Assembly (NCBI GenBank): GCA_964589775.1
Contig: CAZPUN010000007.1
Span: forward strand, 30,001-62,000
Length of the DNA: 32,000 nucleotides
Reading direction: 5' to 3'
Origin: an uncultured archaeon
GTDB taxonomy: Archaea > Asgardarchaeota > Thorarchaeia > Thorarchaeales > CAZPUN01
A model generated the notes under the pieces. It was not told where the DNA came from. It ran no database searches and saw nothing but the letters and a program-made list of their open reading frames with translations. Position numbers and translations under genes: made by a program. Positions 8,647 through 18,371 of the stretch are shown piece by piece; the stretch's first letter is position 1; every line of letters starts with the position of its first letter.

Positions 8647-9537
8647 ATGACAAACCAGATAGTAATTAAACTACCAGAGAATACGCTAAATGAATTTACA
8701 AGAGAACTTGTTTCTGCAGGTGCATTTCAAATCGACACAAAAGGAAAATACGAATTTTCAAGATTCAAAATAAACAACGGGTCAATAATAATATATAAGA
8801 CAGGAAAAATCGTAGCAGACAACGAAGAACCAGTCAAAAAATTACTTTCAAACACAATCAAGAAATTACCGATTTCATTTGCATATCCAAAAGGACTTAA
8901 TCCGAATGATTTTGAAGTTGTTATTGGCAGTGATGAGACTGGAAAAGGTGAATGGCTCGGACCCCTCGTAATTACAGCAGTTGCAATTAAGCCAGATATG
9001 GTATATGACTTGATTGATTGTGGGGTCATGGATAGTAAAATAGTACCCAAAAACAATATTTCAGAAGTTTGTGAATGTATTCGCTCCAATATTCTAAGCA
9101 GAAATATTGTTACAATTTCACCCAAACGGTTCAATGAGTTATCTTCCCGTAGTGGTATTGAGAATCTTAATCATATTTTGGATTGGGCGCATGGACGAGC
9201 GATCATGAATCTTTACATGGAACTATATCGCATGAAATTTAATGGTAAAATATTGACAATAGTTGATGATTTCGCACCGCATACAACAACTCGAAATCTT
9301 GATAAGATAGCCAAGAGAAATGATACAGTACTCCATCGTGAGAAAAATGCAGAACGATATATTGTAGTAGCCGCGGCAAGTATATTAAGCAAATGCGTAA
9401 GAAATAACTGGATAAATACTCAATTGAACAAATATGGAATCTCACCAGACATATCTCCAGAGGAAGCAATAAATCATCCAAAAGTCAATGAATTTGCAAA
9501 GGTTCAATATCTGAAGACCCTACTAAAGAGGATGTGA
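8647..9537 (+). CDS. rnhC: Ribonuclease HIII (N-terminal TBP-like domain + RNase H type 2 domain)
   Basis: IIIYKTGKIV (TBP-like), IGSDETGKGEWLGPLV, DSK, LDWAH, VDDF, AE...VAAASIL. Start is ATG 8647 or 8617. Confidence 0.8.
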   Translation: MTNQIVIKLPENTLNEFTRELVSAGAFQIDTKGKYEFSRFKINNGSIIIYKTGKIVADNEEPVKKLLSNTIKKLPISFAYPKGLNPNDFEVVIGSDETGKGEWLGPLVITAVAIKPDMVYDLIDCGVMDSKIVPKNNISEVCECIRSNILSRNIVTISPKRFNELSSRSGIENLNHILDWAHGRAIMNLYMELYRMKFNGKILTIVDDFAPHTTTRNLDKIAKRNDTVLHREKNAERYIVVAAASILSKCVRNNWINTQLNKYGISPDISPEEAINHPKVNEFAKVQYLKTLLKRM

Positions 9538-10469
9538 AGATGACACGATGTGCAAATTGTAAGAGGGAGGCAGAAGTCTTCATACCATACCAAAAAAAGC
9601 CACTCTGCAGAGAGCACTTCATAAACCACGTGATTAATAACGTAAGAAAGACAATTGAGCGATTCAGGCTTATTAACGGATTTCAGGTAGTAGCTGTAGG
9701 TATGAGCGGTGGAAAAGATAGTGCAGTTCTACTGGATATTCTCTCAAAACTTTCAGAACTTGATGAGTTCCGATTTGAAATACTGCCAATTCACATTGAT
9801 CTTGGAATTTCAGAAAATAATTTTTCACATCAAAGTTTGGATGCGGCTCTTGCTGTAACCAAGAAGGCTCGACTGTATTTGAATGTAGTTAAAGTAGAAG
9901 AGGAACTTGGATACACATTGCCAGAACTCGTTCGGCATCCTAAGAATTATCGACCTGCATGCGCTTTATGTGGAATTTTGAAGAGATATTTGCTAAATAA
10001 GACCGCATATGAACTGGGAGCAACTGTAATTGCAACCGGACATTTGATGGATGATGAAGCGACCTTTTTACTATCTAACTTCATTGCAGGACAAAAAGAT
10101 CTAATCGCACGTTCGGGTCCCGCCTCATGGTCGAATATTCCAAGATTAATCTCAAGAATCAAGCCACTATATAATCTTACTGAGTTTGAGAGCCAACTAT
10201 ATGCAGATTTAGCACATGTTCCATACACTAAAGTACGATGCCCATTTCATAAGACCGCAACGACTACAAATTTTAAGGATGTAATTCGCACTATGGAACT
10301 GGTCCGGGCAGGTTCAACACGTCAATTACTGAAGTCTTTTAGGGATTTACAAAAATATTACAAAATTGAGAATCAACAACCAATAAGAAGTTGCGCCATA
10401 TGTGGTTTTCCAACTTCAGGTGAAATATGCGCATTTTGTAAGATTAAACAGAATGTGTACAAAAAATAA
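9534..10469 (+). CDS. ttuA: tRNA 2-thiolation enzyme TtuA/NcsA (PP-loop ATPase with Zn fingers)
   Basis: N-terminal CxxC...CxxH, SGGKDS PP-loop, CALC, ATGHLMDD, CPF, C-terminal CAICG...CAFC. GTGA overlap with rnhC. Confidence 0.88.
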   Translation: MKMTRCANCKREAEVFIPYQKKPLCREHFINHVINNVRKTIERFRLINGFQVVAVGMSGGKDSAVLLDILSKLSELDEFRFEILPIHIDLGISENNFSHQSLDAALAVTKKARLYLNVVKVEEELGYTLPELVRHPKNYRPACALCGILKRYLLNKTAYELGATVIATGHLMDDEATFLLSNFIAGQKDLIARSGPASWSNIPRLISRIKPLYNLTEFESQLYADLAHVPYTKVRCPFHKTATTTNFKDVIRTMELVRAGSTRQLLKSFRDLQKYYKIENQQPIRSCAICGFPTSGEICAFCKIKQNVYKK

Positions 10470-10500
10470 AAAAGACCTAAAAGGTCAAAATTTTGTTCTT
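10461..10500 (-). terminator. Convergent terminator between ttuA and hdrB
   Basis: Hairpin GACCT-aaa-AGGTC (10474-10486) flanked by an A-run (U-tract on minus) and a T-rich tract. Confidence 0.5.
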
Positions 10501-11354
10501 TATGCAGTTGCCAAAAGTACTTTCTTGGCAGTCTTAACGCCTAGTGCTTTTCCTAGTATTTCAGTAGCATAAAGAATAGGGATTTCCTTGAGAGGATCGC
10601 CTTCGACAAATTGCGATTGTCCTTTCTTGAGATCATAGGTACATAATGGACAGAATGTAACGAGTGCTGTAGCACCTTCATTTACGGCAGAGGAAAGAAT
10701 TCGCTTTGCACGAACTCGCAATATGTCTTTATCAACCACAGACAAATATGAACCACAACATGTTTTCTTCATTGGAAAATCAACTGGAACAGCACCGATG
10801 GCTTCTATGAAATCTTCAAGTATAGTAGGCTCTTCAAAGTCATCAATTGCGACATCTTTTGGTCTCAGTAATGTACATCCATAATAGGCAGCAACTTTTA
10901 CATGAGATAGTGAGTTCTTTACTGATTTTCGTATTTTATCGAATCCAACGTCTTCTTTTAAGAATTGTAAGAAGTGCTTGATTTTCAGACTTCCATCATA
11001 AGGCTCTTCATCATTCATATAGAATGTGATTGTCTTTCGAATACTTTCGTCATTCCTTAATTTATTGTCCACTAATTTTAGAACATTGTAACACATTGAG
11101 CATAATGCAACTATAGTATCAACACCTAATTCTCTACCGATTGGTTGAGCCCTACAGATCGTTCGTGCAGCTCCTAGATGATGAATTACATCGTCTTCAG
11201 CTAAACTATGAACCACACCACAGCAAACCCAATTAGGAATCTCAACCATTTCCACACCCAAGGCTTTTGCAGATTCCAAGCCACATTGTTCGAATTCACG
11301 ATCATAAGATTTCAAAGTACAACCTGGATAATATAATACCTTCACTAATTTCAC
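10500..11354 (-). CDS. hdrB: Heterodisulfide reductase subunit B (two CCG domains)
   Basis: YYPGC...CCG...CSMC and YYGC...CCG...CPLC. Confidence 0.93.
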   Translation of the reverse strand: MKLVKVLYYPGCTLKSYDREFEQCGLESAKALGVEMVEIPNWVCCGVVHSLAEDDVIHHLGAARTICRAQPIGRELGVDTIVALCSMCYNVLKLVDNKLRNDESIRKTITFYMNDEEPYDGSLKIKHFLQFLKEDVGFDKIRKSVKNSLSHVKVAAYYGCTLLRPKDVAIDDFEEPTILEDFIEAIGAVPVDFPMKKTCCGSYLSVVDKDILRVRAKRILSSAVNEGATALVTFCPLCTYDLKKGQSQFVEGDPLKEIPILYATEILGKALGVKTAKKVLLATA

Positions 11355-11728
11355 CCCTGCATTTTTCTGCTTGCTCCAATTATTGCAATTGGTGGCATTT
11401 CACTAATATCCGGTACTTGCGTCATGTCAACAGCATTAATTCCGGCTCTAAGCGTGATTTGTCTTACTGCCTCCATGACTTTAGCAACATCTATACCTCT
11501 AGGACACCTGACAGTACACATAAAACAGGATTGACATTTCCATGGGGCTTTCGCATTTAGCACATCTTTATCATCAAGTTGTACCATTCTAATTATAGTG
11601 GACGGTAGAAAGTCCATTGCATCAGTAATCGGGCAATCTCCGGAGCATTTTCCACATTGGTAACAAAGATAAACATTTTGCCCGGAGATGTATTCAACCC
11701 TCTCAGCAAGTGTTTCATTTAACTCCAA
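11351..11728 (-). CDS. hdrC: Heterodisulfide reductase subunit C (2x[4Fe-4S])
   Basis: CYQCGKCSGDCP and CQSCFMCTVRCP; adjacent to hdrB. Confidence 0.92.
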   Translation of the reverse strand: MELNETLAERVEYISGQNVYLCYQCGKCSGDCPITDAMDFLPSTIIRMVQLDDKDVLNAKAPWKCQSCFMCTVRCPRGIDVAKVMEAVRQITLRAGINAVDMTQVPDISEMPPIAIIGASRKMQG

Positions 11729-12187
11729 TCAATTCACCTCCAAGTGATCGACAACCAAGTTGACTACTTGGTCGATTGCACGCTCGATCTTCTCCGAAAC
11801 ACCCTCCTTGAAGACGAGCTGCGGCCCTGTAACTATTCCAAATAAGCGAATCTTCTTCGGCATTCGTTCTGGAAAAGTTGTTTTGTACACCTCAAGCATC
11901 ATATGAAATGGAAAATCATGCCCATTAGATACATCAACTTGAGGCTGAATATTGAGAGGGTCCAGCTGGACAACCTCTCCTTCGTCATAGCCTTTGATAG
12001 CCAAAGTGTCGATTAGTATTACTTCATCATAATCCAATAGCTCATCAAATAGGTAGATTGAGCCTCCATTGAACTCTTTCACATCTGCTACATTCTTAGG
12101 TATTATCTGGGCGAGCCTCTGAGCTGCAATAAGACCTGCAGCATCATCTCCTAGAATAGAGTTTCCCACGCCCAGAATTAATCGCAC
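11729..12187 (-). CDS. [NiFe]-hydrogenase maturation endopeptidase (HycI/HybD family)
   Basis: LGVGNSILGDDAAG, ILIDT, GHD; follows mvhA. Confidence 0.92.
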   Translation of the reverse strand: MRLILGVGNSILGDDAAGLIAAQRLAQIIPKNVADVKEFNGGSIYLFDELLDYDEVILIDTLAIKGYDEGEVVQLDPLNIQPQVDVSNGHDFPFHMMLEVYKTTFPERMPKKIRLFGIVTGPQLVFKEGVSEKIERAIDQVVNLVVDHLEVN

Positions 12188-13644
12188 TTGCCGTACCTCC
12201 GAATCTCTTTGACTAAGTTCTTGTCGGCATCATAAATCGAGATCTTCATTGGCATCTTGCCGGGTAATGAATGACTTGCACATGCGAGACATGGGTCATA
12301 AGCTCGAAATGCCATTTCAATCATATTCAGAATTGGTTCTTTTACTTCAGTTCCATTGATCAAATTCTCTGCTGCTTTTCTCACACTGATACACATACCG
12401 GCATTATTATTCACAGTTGCGACAATTAGATTTACTTTGGTTAGGTAGCCATTCTCATCGCTTTCATAATGATGAATCAGTGTTCCACGAGGAGCCTCGA
12501 TTACGCCAATTCCACGACCGGTGATTTCACCATCAAGAGATACAATATCCTCACTGGTGAATTCCGGTTTGTCTACAAGTTCAACCATGCGCTCTGCTGC
12601 ATAAAGAATCTCAATTAATCGTGCCCAATGGAATCCTAATGTTGCATGAGATGGCTTTCCCATTACCTCTACGAACTTTTCGTATGCTTCCTGAGCTAGT
12701 GGTGTAGGCATTCCACTGGTTACATTCAATCGAGCAAGAGAATTGACTCGATAAACACCACTATCCGGACCGTCAACTCGTCCTTTCCACCCGACTTTCT
12801 TAAGATATGGGAATTTCAGGTAAGTCCAGGGTTCCACATGTTCTGCTATGTGTTCCAGGTAGTCCTGAGGATCAAACTTAGCAAATTCTTTCCCGTCTGG
12901 AGCAATTACTTTTAGCTTTCCATCATAGAAGTTAAGCTGATCTTTATCATCAACCATACCCATATAATATGTTTCTGAGCGATATACATCGCCCATAATA
13001 AGATCCTTGTACTTCTGATTCTTTAGAATTATGTCCTCGAATAATTTAAGCCCGAATTGTGCAAATTCAACCAGTTTTTCGCTTTTCTCTTTGAGTTGCT
13101 TTTGCATTTCCGGAGTTATTGGATGACTGATACCTCCTGGAATTCCGAATATCGGATGGATTGGCTTCCCACCAATCATCTTTTCAATTTCTACAGATAA
13201 ATGGCGATATTTCAAGACTTGCTTGACTAAATCGGGATTTTTCCTCAGCATGCCAATAATATTTCGTTCAGTAGGCTCAGCATCCGGACCCATTACAAAG
13301 TCGGGTGCTGCAAGAACATAGAAGTGAGTCGAATGACTATCAATAATATGAGATAGATATGCAAACTCACGAACAGTTTCTGCCGTTTTTGTCGGAGTAC
13401 GACCATACAATCTATCCACAGCCTTTACAGATGCGATATGATGAGGCCAGGGACATACACCACAAATTCGTGGAGTGATTCGTGGCATTTCTTCTGCAGG
13501 TCGTCCGACACAGAACTTCTCGAATCCTCTGAACTCAACTACTTGATAATAGGCATCCTCAACTTTTCCTTCCTTATTTAGAAATATGCTGATTTTAGCC
13601 TCGCCTTCCAGACGGGAGACTGGCTCAATGACTATCTTTACCAT
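12178..13644 (-). CDS. mvhA: Group 3c [NiFe]-hydrogenase large subunit
   Basis: SRLEG, RGFE, RICGVC (L1), EAPRG, RAYDPCLACASH (L2) followed by a cleavable C-terminal tail. Confidence 0.95.
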   Translation of the reverse strand: MVKIVIEPVSRLEGEAKISIFLNKEGKVEDAYYQVVEFRGFEKFCVGRPAEEMPRITPRICGVCPWPHHIASVKAVDRLYGRTPTKTAETVREFAYLSHIIDSHSTHFYVLAAPDFVMGPDAEPTERNIIGMLRKNPDLVKQVLKYRHLSVEIEKMIGGKPIHPIFGIPGGISHPITPEMQKQLKEKSEKLVEFAQFGLKLFEDIILKNQKYKDLIMGDVYRSETYYMGMVDDKDQLNFYDGKLKVIAPDGKEFAKFDPQDYLEHIAEHVEPWTYLKFPYLKKVGWKGRVDGPDSGVYRVNSLARLNVTSGMPTPLAQEAYEKFVEVMGKPSHATLGFHWARLIEILYAAERMVELVDKPEFTSEDIVSLDGEITGRGIGVIEAPRGTLIHHYESDENGYLTKVNLIVATVNNNAGMCISVRKAAENLINGTEVKEPILNMIEMAFRAYDPCLACASHSLPGKMPMKISIYDADKNLVKEIRRYGKCD

Positions 13645-14629
13645 TATTTTTTCCTCCTTTCCTGCCCAGAATACTAGAAGGCAGTGAAAATCTATAGAAT
13701 GTGCCCATAGGATCTGGAATAGTATCTATAATTTCGGCGATTTGCTCATCCGTTAGGTTATTTTCGTTGCCTGCATGCAATAGGGAGCCAATCACAGAAA
13801 TCATCTTTGCACCTTGATCCTTCACACCCGGTAGAGGCCCGAAACAACCACGACACGGCAAATTGACATTAATACATCTATGGTCACATCCACTTCTTGT
13901 AGCAGGACCCATACAAATAACTCCTTGAGCTAAGAAGCACTTGTTGGGATCAAGCTTTACTTCATGGATACGATGGAATTTTTCGATTACAATCTTCTCA
14001 GGCTTTTCACGAGTACAATCGTGACATTGTGAGAGATTTGAGGCAAACACGGTACCCTTCTTAGGAAGCTTTCCGCCCTCTGCATAGTCCTTTAGAGCAA
14101 GAACAACATCCTTTACAAGATCTGTAGGAGGCGGACAACCGGGTACATAATAATCCACATCCACAATAGAGTCTAGTGGATATGCATACTCCAGATATTT
14201 TGGAATTGTAAGTTCTCTGCCATCATCTTTTGAAACAGGAGTCGGGAGGATTTTCTTCGGATTATCTGTAGATGCTGTCATAACATATGCTTCTCGAAGT
14301 ATATCTTCAGCTACGAATGCATTTGCCATACCGGGGATTCCGCCAAAACATGCACAAGCACCAAATGAGACCAGAACATCCGATTTCTCTCGAAGCAATT
14401 TGGCAATCTCTTCATTTTCATCTGTTCGGATAAATCCATGATAAAGCGATACATCAATGTGGTCGATCTTCTTCAAATAGTCCAGTTTCATATCTGTTGC
14501 AGTGGGCCAGAAAACGAAATCGATAAATTCATCTACGATTGGCAAATCTGCACTAAGATTCACAATAGTCATGTCACATCCGGAGCAAGTTGCTCCAAGT
14601 CCAATGGCCATTTTCAATCTGCGAGTCAC
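13625..14629 (-). CDS. mvhG: Group 3c [NiFe]-hydrogenase small subunit
   Basis: CSGC, GACACFGG, PGCPP, CHDC, CF..QG.ICMGPATRSGC, CRGCFG, DPMGTFYRF. Confidence 0.93.
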   Translation of the reverse strand: MTRRLKMAIGLGATCSGCDMTIVNLSADLPIVDEFIDFVFWPTATDMKLDYLKKIDHIDVSLYHGFIRTDENEEIAKLLREKSDVLVSFGACACFGGIPGMANAFVAEDILREAYVMTASTDNPKKILPTPVSKDDGRELTIPKYLEYAYPLDSIVDVDYYVPGCPPPTDLVKDVVLALKDYAEGGKLPKKGTVFASNLSQCHDCTREKPEKIVIEKFHRIHEVKLDPNKCFLAQGVICMGPATRSGCDHRCINVNLPCRGCFGPLPGVKDQGAKMISVIGSLLHAGNENNLTDEQIAEIIDTIPDPMGTFYRFSLPSSILGRKGGKNNGKDSH

Positions 14630-15048
14630 GGTAAGTCCCTCCCATTTCGAGGACCAAGCTTTTTAATTTCCTCAGTAAATTCCTTGATTACTCTAGCATA
14701 CTTTTGTCCTTCACTTGCTGAGACCCATTCAAGTCTAAGTCTTCGGGGGTCTATGCCCATTTGCTCAAGTAGCTTCTTGAGGATAAGATACCTCTTCAGT
14801 GCTTTGTAGTTACCACTTATATAGTGGCAATCGGTAGGAGTATGGCACCCTCCAATGAATACACCGTCTGCACCTTCGCTGAATGCTTCAAGAACAAATT
14901 GAGGGTCAATCCTACCGGTACATGGTACACGAATAGGAACTACATTCGCAGGATATTTAAGACGAGTAACACCTGCCAAATCCGCACCAGCATAAGCACA
15001 CCATTGGCATAGAAATGCCACGATTTTCGGTTCGAATTTTTCGGTCAT
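14626..15048 (-). CDS. mvhD: Hydrogenase iron-sulfur subunit MvhD ([2Fe-2S])
   Basis: FLCQWCAYAGADLAG, RVPCTGR, GGCH...CHY..GN, WVSASEG. Confidence 0.95.
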   Translation of the reverse strand: MTEKFEPKIVAFLCQWCAYAGADLAGVTRLKYPANVVPIRVPCTGRIDPQFVLEAFSEGADGVFIGGCHTPTDCHYISGNYKALKRYLILKKLLEQMGIDPRRLRLEWVSASEGQKYARVIKEFTEEIKKLGPRNGRDLP

Positions 15049-15052
15049 GATT

Positions 15053-16987
15053 TCACCTCAAGATGCTTTCAATCTGAGCATAGACCTGCTCGTCAGTTAG
15101 ATTCTTCAATGACAATGCTCCGGATGGACATGCAGCAACACATGTTCCGCAGCCTTCACAGAGCACTTCATTTACTTCAGCCACTTTGCCCATTGTAATT
15201 GCACCATATGGACAAACAGATACACAAATCCTACATGAACTGCAAGCTTCTGGATCTACTTCCGCAACAGTGGGCTCGTGAATTAGCTTGGACTGACTTA
15301 GAATTCCCAGAGCTTTGGATGCGGCTGCGCTCGCCTGAGCGACAGTTTCAGGGATGTCTTTCGGACCTTGAACCGCGCCTGCAGCAAATATTCCCTGCGT
15401 AGCACTTTCAACTGGCCTAAGCTTAGGATGTACTTCCTTGAAAAAGCCGTGCTGGTCGACTGGGATTTTGAGAATTGACGATATACCCTTTGTCTGTGGT
15501 ACAACAGCCATTGCCAAGACAACAAGGTCTGCCTTAATTTCTAGTTTCTTACCAGTCAGCGTGTCAGCACCATAAACGACGATCTTATCGCCTTCCTTGA
15601 ACGCTGTAGCTACTTTTCCGCGTACGTATATGACGCCCTCTTCTTGAACACGCTCATAGAATTCCTCATAGTCTTTTCCAGCAGTTCGTACATCAATGTA
15701 GAATATGTATGCCTTCCCATCTGGAACCATGTGCTTGTATAATAATGCGTGCTTTGCAGTATACATACAACAGATCTTTGAGCAATATTCATTATGGGCA
15801 ACGTCACGAGAACCTGCACACTGTACGAATACAACGGTCTTTGGTACTTTACCATCAGACGGTCTACGTAGTATGCCTTCAGTCGGACCACTGGACGAAA
15901 TCAACCGTTCGAACTGCAAAGAATCAATTACATCATCATACTTGCCATAGCCGAATTCTCCAAGATTCTCCTTGCCGTACAGGTCATATCCAGTGGCAAC
16001 AACAATTGCGCCTACGTTTTCGCGAATTAGTTCATCTTGCATGTCGTAATCGATTGCACCTACACCACATGCATCTCTACATTTTCCACAGATCATCGGG
16101 TTCAAACCGAGACATGTATTAGGATCTAGAATATAGGTCGCAGGAACTGCTTGTGGAAATGGTATGTAAATTGCCTTGCGGATGCCCATATTTCTGTCAA
16201 ATTCATTTAATGCAACTGAAGGACATACATCTGAACAATCACCACAAGCTGTACATTTAGATTCATCAACATAACGAGCCTTCTTGCGAATTAGAATATC
16301 GAAATTTCCAACATATCCAGAAACTTGCTCGACTTCACTATTGGTATAGATTTTTATATTCGGATGTCGAGCCGCAGCTACCATTTTTGGAGTTAGAATA
16401 CATTGAGAACAGTCCAGCGTAGGAAATGTTTCTGAAAGTTGAGCCATATGCCCCCCGATGCTAGGGTTCTTCTCAACAAGAATCACAGGATAGCCAGCAT
16501 CGGCAATATCCAAAGCGGCTTGAATCCCTGCAATTCCGCCTCCAATTACAAGAGCTTTCTTCGTTGTTTCAAATTCAATAGGAAGCAAGTCTTCATTACG
16601 TCGGACTTTCTCTACTGTGGCTCTTATGATCTTCTTCGCTTTTGCAGTTGCTTCTTCATGAGATTCATGAACCCAACTTGATTGCTCGCGTATGTTTGCC
16701 ATCTCTACAGAGAACTTATTCAATCCGGCTTCAACGGCTGCATTTCTAAAGGTCTCAAGATGCATTGATGGAGAACATGCAGCGACTACAACAGCATCCA
16801 AGTTTTGCTCCTTTATGGTTTCAATAATCAATCTCTGTCCGGGATCTGAACACATATACTTGTATGTTGTTGCGTATGCCACACCGGGTATTTTCATAGC
16901 TTCTTTCGCAACGCTTTCAACATCTACAGTCTCTGCAATATTCCTACCGCAGTGACATACAAAAACGCCAATTTTTCTTCTGGTCAA
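15053..16987 (-). CDS. hdrA: Heterodisulfide reductase subunit A (flavin-based electron-bifurcating)
   Basis: VCHCG, CSDPGQ, ACSP, ANIREQ, GGGIAG (FAD), FPTLDCSQC, inserted ferredoxin, FERL, QCAGSR...CSKICCMYTAK, GPKDIP, C-terminal 2x[4Fe-4S]. Confidence 0.96.
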   Translation of the reverse strand: MTRRKIGVFVCHCGRNIAETVDVESVAKEAMKIPGVAYATTYKYMCSDPGQRLIIETIKEQNLDAVVVAACSPSMHLETFRNAAVEAGLNKFSVEMANIREQSSWVHESHEEATAKAKKIIRATVEKVRRNEDLLPIEFETTKKALVIGGGIAGIQAALDIADAGYPVILVEKNPSIGGHMAQLSETFPTLDCSQCILTPKMVAAARHPNIKIYTNSEVEQVSGYVGNFDILIRKKARYVDESKCTACGDCSDVCPSVALNEFDRNMGIRKAIYIPFPQAVPATYILDPNTCLGLNPMICGKCRDACGVGAIDYDMQDELIRENVGAIVVATGYDLYGKENLGEFGYGKYDDVIDSLQFERLISSSGPTEGILRRPSDGKVPKTVVFVQCAGSRDVAHNEYCSKICCMYTAKHALLYKHMVPDGKAYIFYIDVRTAGKDYEEFYERVQEEGVIYVRGKVATAFKEGDKIVVYGADTLTGKKLEIKADLVVLAMAVVPQTKGISSILKIPVDQHGFFKEVHPKLRPVESATQGIFAAGAVQGPKDIPETVAQASAAASKALGILSQSKLIHEPTVAEVDPEACSSCRICVSVCPYGAITMGKVAEVNEVLCEGCGTCVAACPSGALSLKNLTDEQVYAQIESILR

Positions 16988-16989
16988 TG

Positions 16990-17532
16990 TTATTTCGCCT
17001 CCTCTCCCCGCTCATGTCCCTTGCTCAGTGCAACCTTATTAATATCTGCATATTTCTTAGGGACACGGGATAACATGGCTTTTTCTACAGAGCTTAACTT
17101 CACAATCTCACTAATACTGGTGAAGAATCCTAACATCACCATGTTTGCTACAATACGATAACCCAAGCTTTCAGCGATTCGAGTCGCTTCAATTGCGTAA
17201 ATATACTTGGCTCGTTTTGCTCTGTCATCAAGTTCAACAAGATCTTTATCATAGAATAGATAGCCACCTTCCTTCAACATCGGAATGAACTTATGATATG
17301 CCTCCTTGGACATAATGACCATATATTCAGGCTCTGAAACAAGCGGATAGATTATTTTTTCATCAGCAATTGTAACTTTTGAACATGCAGAACCACCACG
17401 GGCCTCAGGACCGTAACTGGGAGCATAGGCGGATTCTAACCCTTCATAGACCGCTGCTGCAAGACCAGTTGTGTATCCCATCAAAAGAATACCCTGACCA
17501 CCATATCCACCAAAAAGAATCTCCTTCCTCAT
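16990..17532 (-). CDS. korC: 2-oxoacid:ferredoxin oxidoreductase gamma subunit (KGOR-like)
   Basis: GYGGQG, YGPEARGG, ANMVMLG. Confidence 0.9.
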   Translation of the reverse strand: MRKEILFGGYGGQGILLMGYTTGLAAAVYEGLESAYAPSYGPEARGGSACSKVTIADEKIIYPLVSEPEYMVIMSKEAYHKFIPMLKEGGYLFYDKDLVELDDRAKRAKYIYAIEATRIAESLGYRIVANMVMLGFFTSISEIVKLSSVEKAMLSRVPKKYADINKVALSKGHERGEEAK

Positions 17533-18371
17533 TTCAGTCCTCTCCGTAATTTTTCTCGAAGTTCAGCCATAGACTCTTCGAAGGTTGGCTTTTCTTCATC
17601 TTTGAATTTACCAACTATGATTTTCTCGCCCCATCTAAATCCTACATTCTTGGGGTCCTCAAAGTCACGAATTTCAGTATTATCTCGCAAATACCGCATC
17701 ATATCAATTCCTTCACGTACGGCATTAATTCTGCCCCATGCCGTAGGACATGGTCCAATAGCTTCAATAAATCTGAAGCCCTTCCTCTGCAAAGCTTCTT
17801 CAAAGGAGTCCTTTAGTCTACGAACGTGTAATGAGCTCCATCTTGCTACATATGTTGCACCACAAGCCGCAGCAAAATATGGCAGATTTAGATGATGTTC
17901 CAAATTTCCATACGGACTGGTTGTTGCACGGGTTCCGGTTGGAGTTGTTGGTGCGACTTGACCCCCAGTCATACCATAAGTGAAATTGTTCATTGCAACG
18001 ACTAAAATGTCGTTATTACGTCTTGCAGCATGCACAAAGTGATTTCCACCAATTGAGAATAGGTCTCCATCACCGCTCATTACTACAACATGAAGGTCAG
18101 GCCGAACTTGTTTTAGACCAACAGCAAAAGGTATTGGACGCCCATGAGTTGTATGGAATGAATCAAATTTCGCGTAACCCGCGGCTCTGCCAGTACAACC
18201 AATTCCAGATACTATATACAACTTATTTGGATCAATTCCAAGACTATCTACAGCATGCAAGAATGCATCAAATACTGAACCAACACCACATCCCGGACAC
18301 CAAATGTGTGGTAAGCGTTCAGTTCGTAGATATTTATCCATCGGGTGAGAGGTAACAAACTTTACAGTCAC
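17529..18371 (-). CDS. korB: 2-oxoacid:ferredoxin oxidoreductase beta subunit (TPP-binding)
   Basis: WCPGCG, SGIGC, GDGD...NN, YGMTGGQ, PCPT. Confidence 0.93.
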   Translation of the reverse strand: MTVKFVTSHPMDKYLRTERLPHIWCPGCGVGSVFDAFLHAVDSLGIDPNKLYIVSGIGCTGRAAGYAKFDSFHTTHGRPIPFAVGLKQVRPDLHVVVMSGDGDLFSIGGNHFVHAARRNNDILVVAMNNFTYGMTGGQVAPTTPTGTRATTSPYGNLEHHLNLPYFAAACGATYVARWSSLHVRRLKDSFEEALQRKGFRFIEAIGPCPTAWGRINAVREGIDMMRYLRDNTEIRDFEDPKNVGFRWGEKIIVGKFKDEEKPTFEESMAELREKLRRGLK

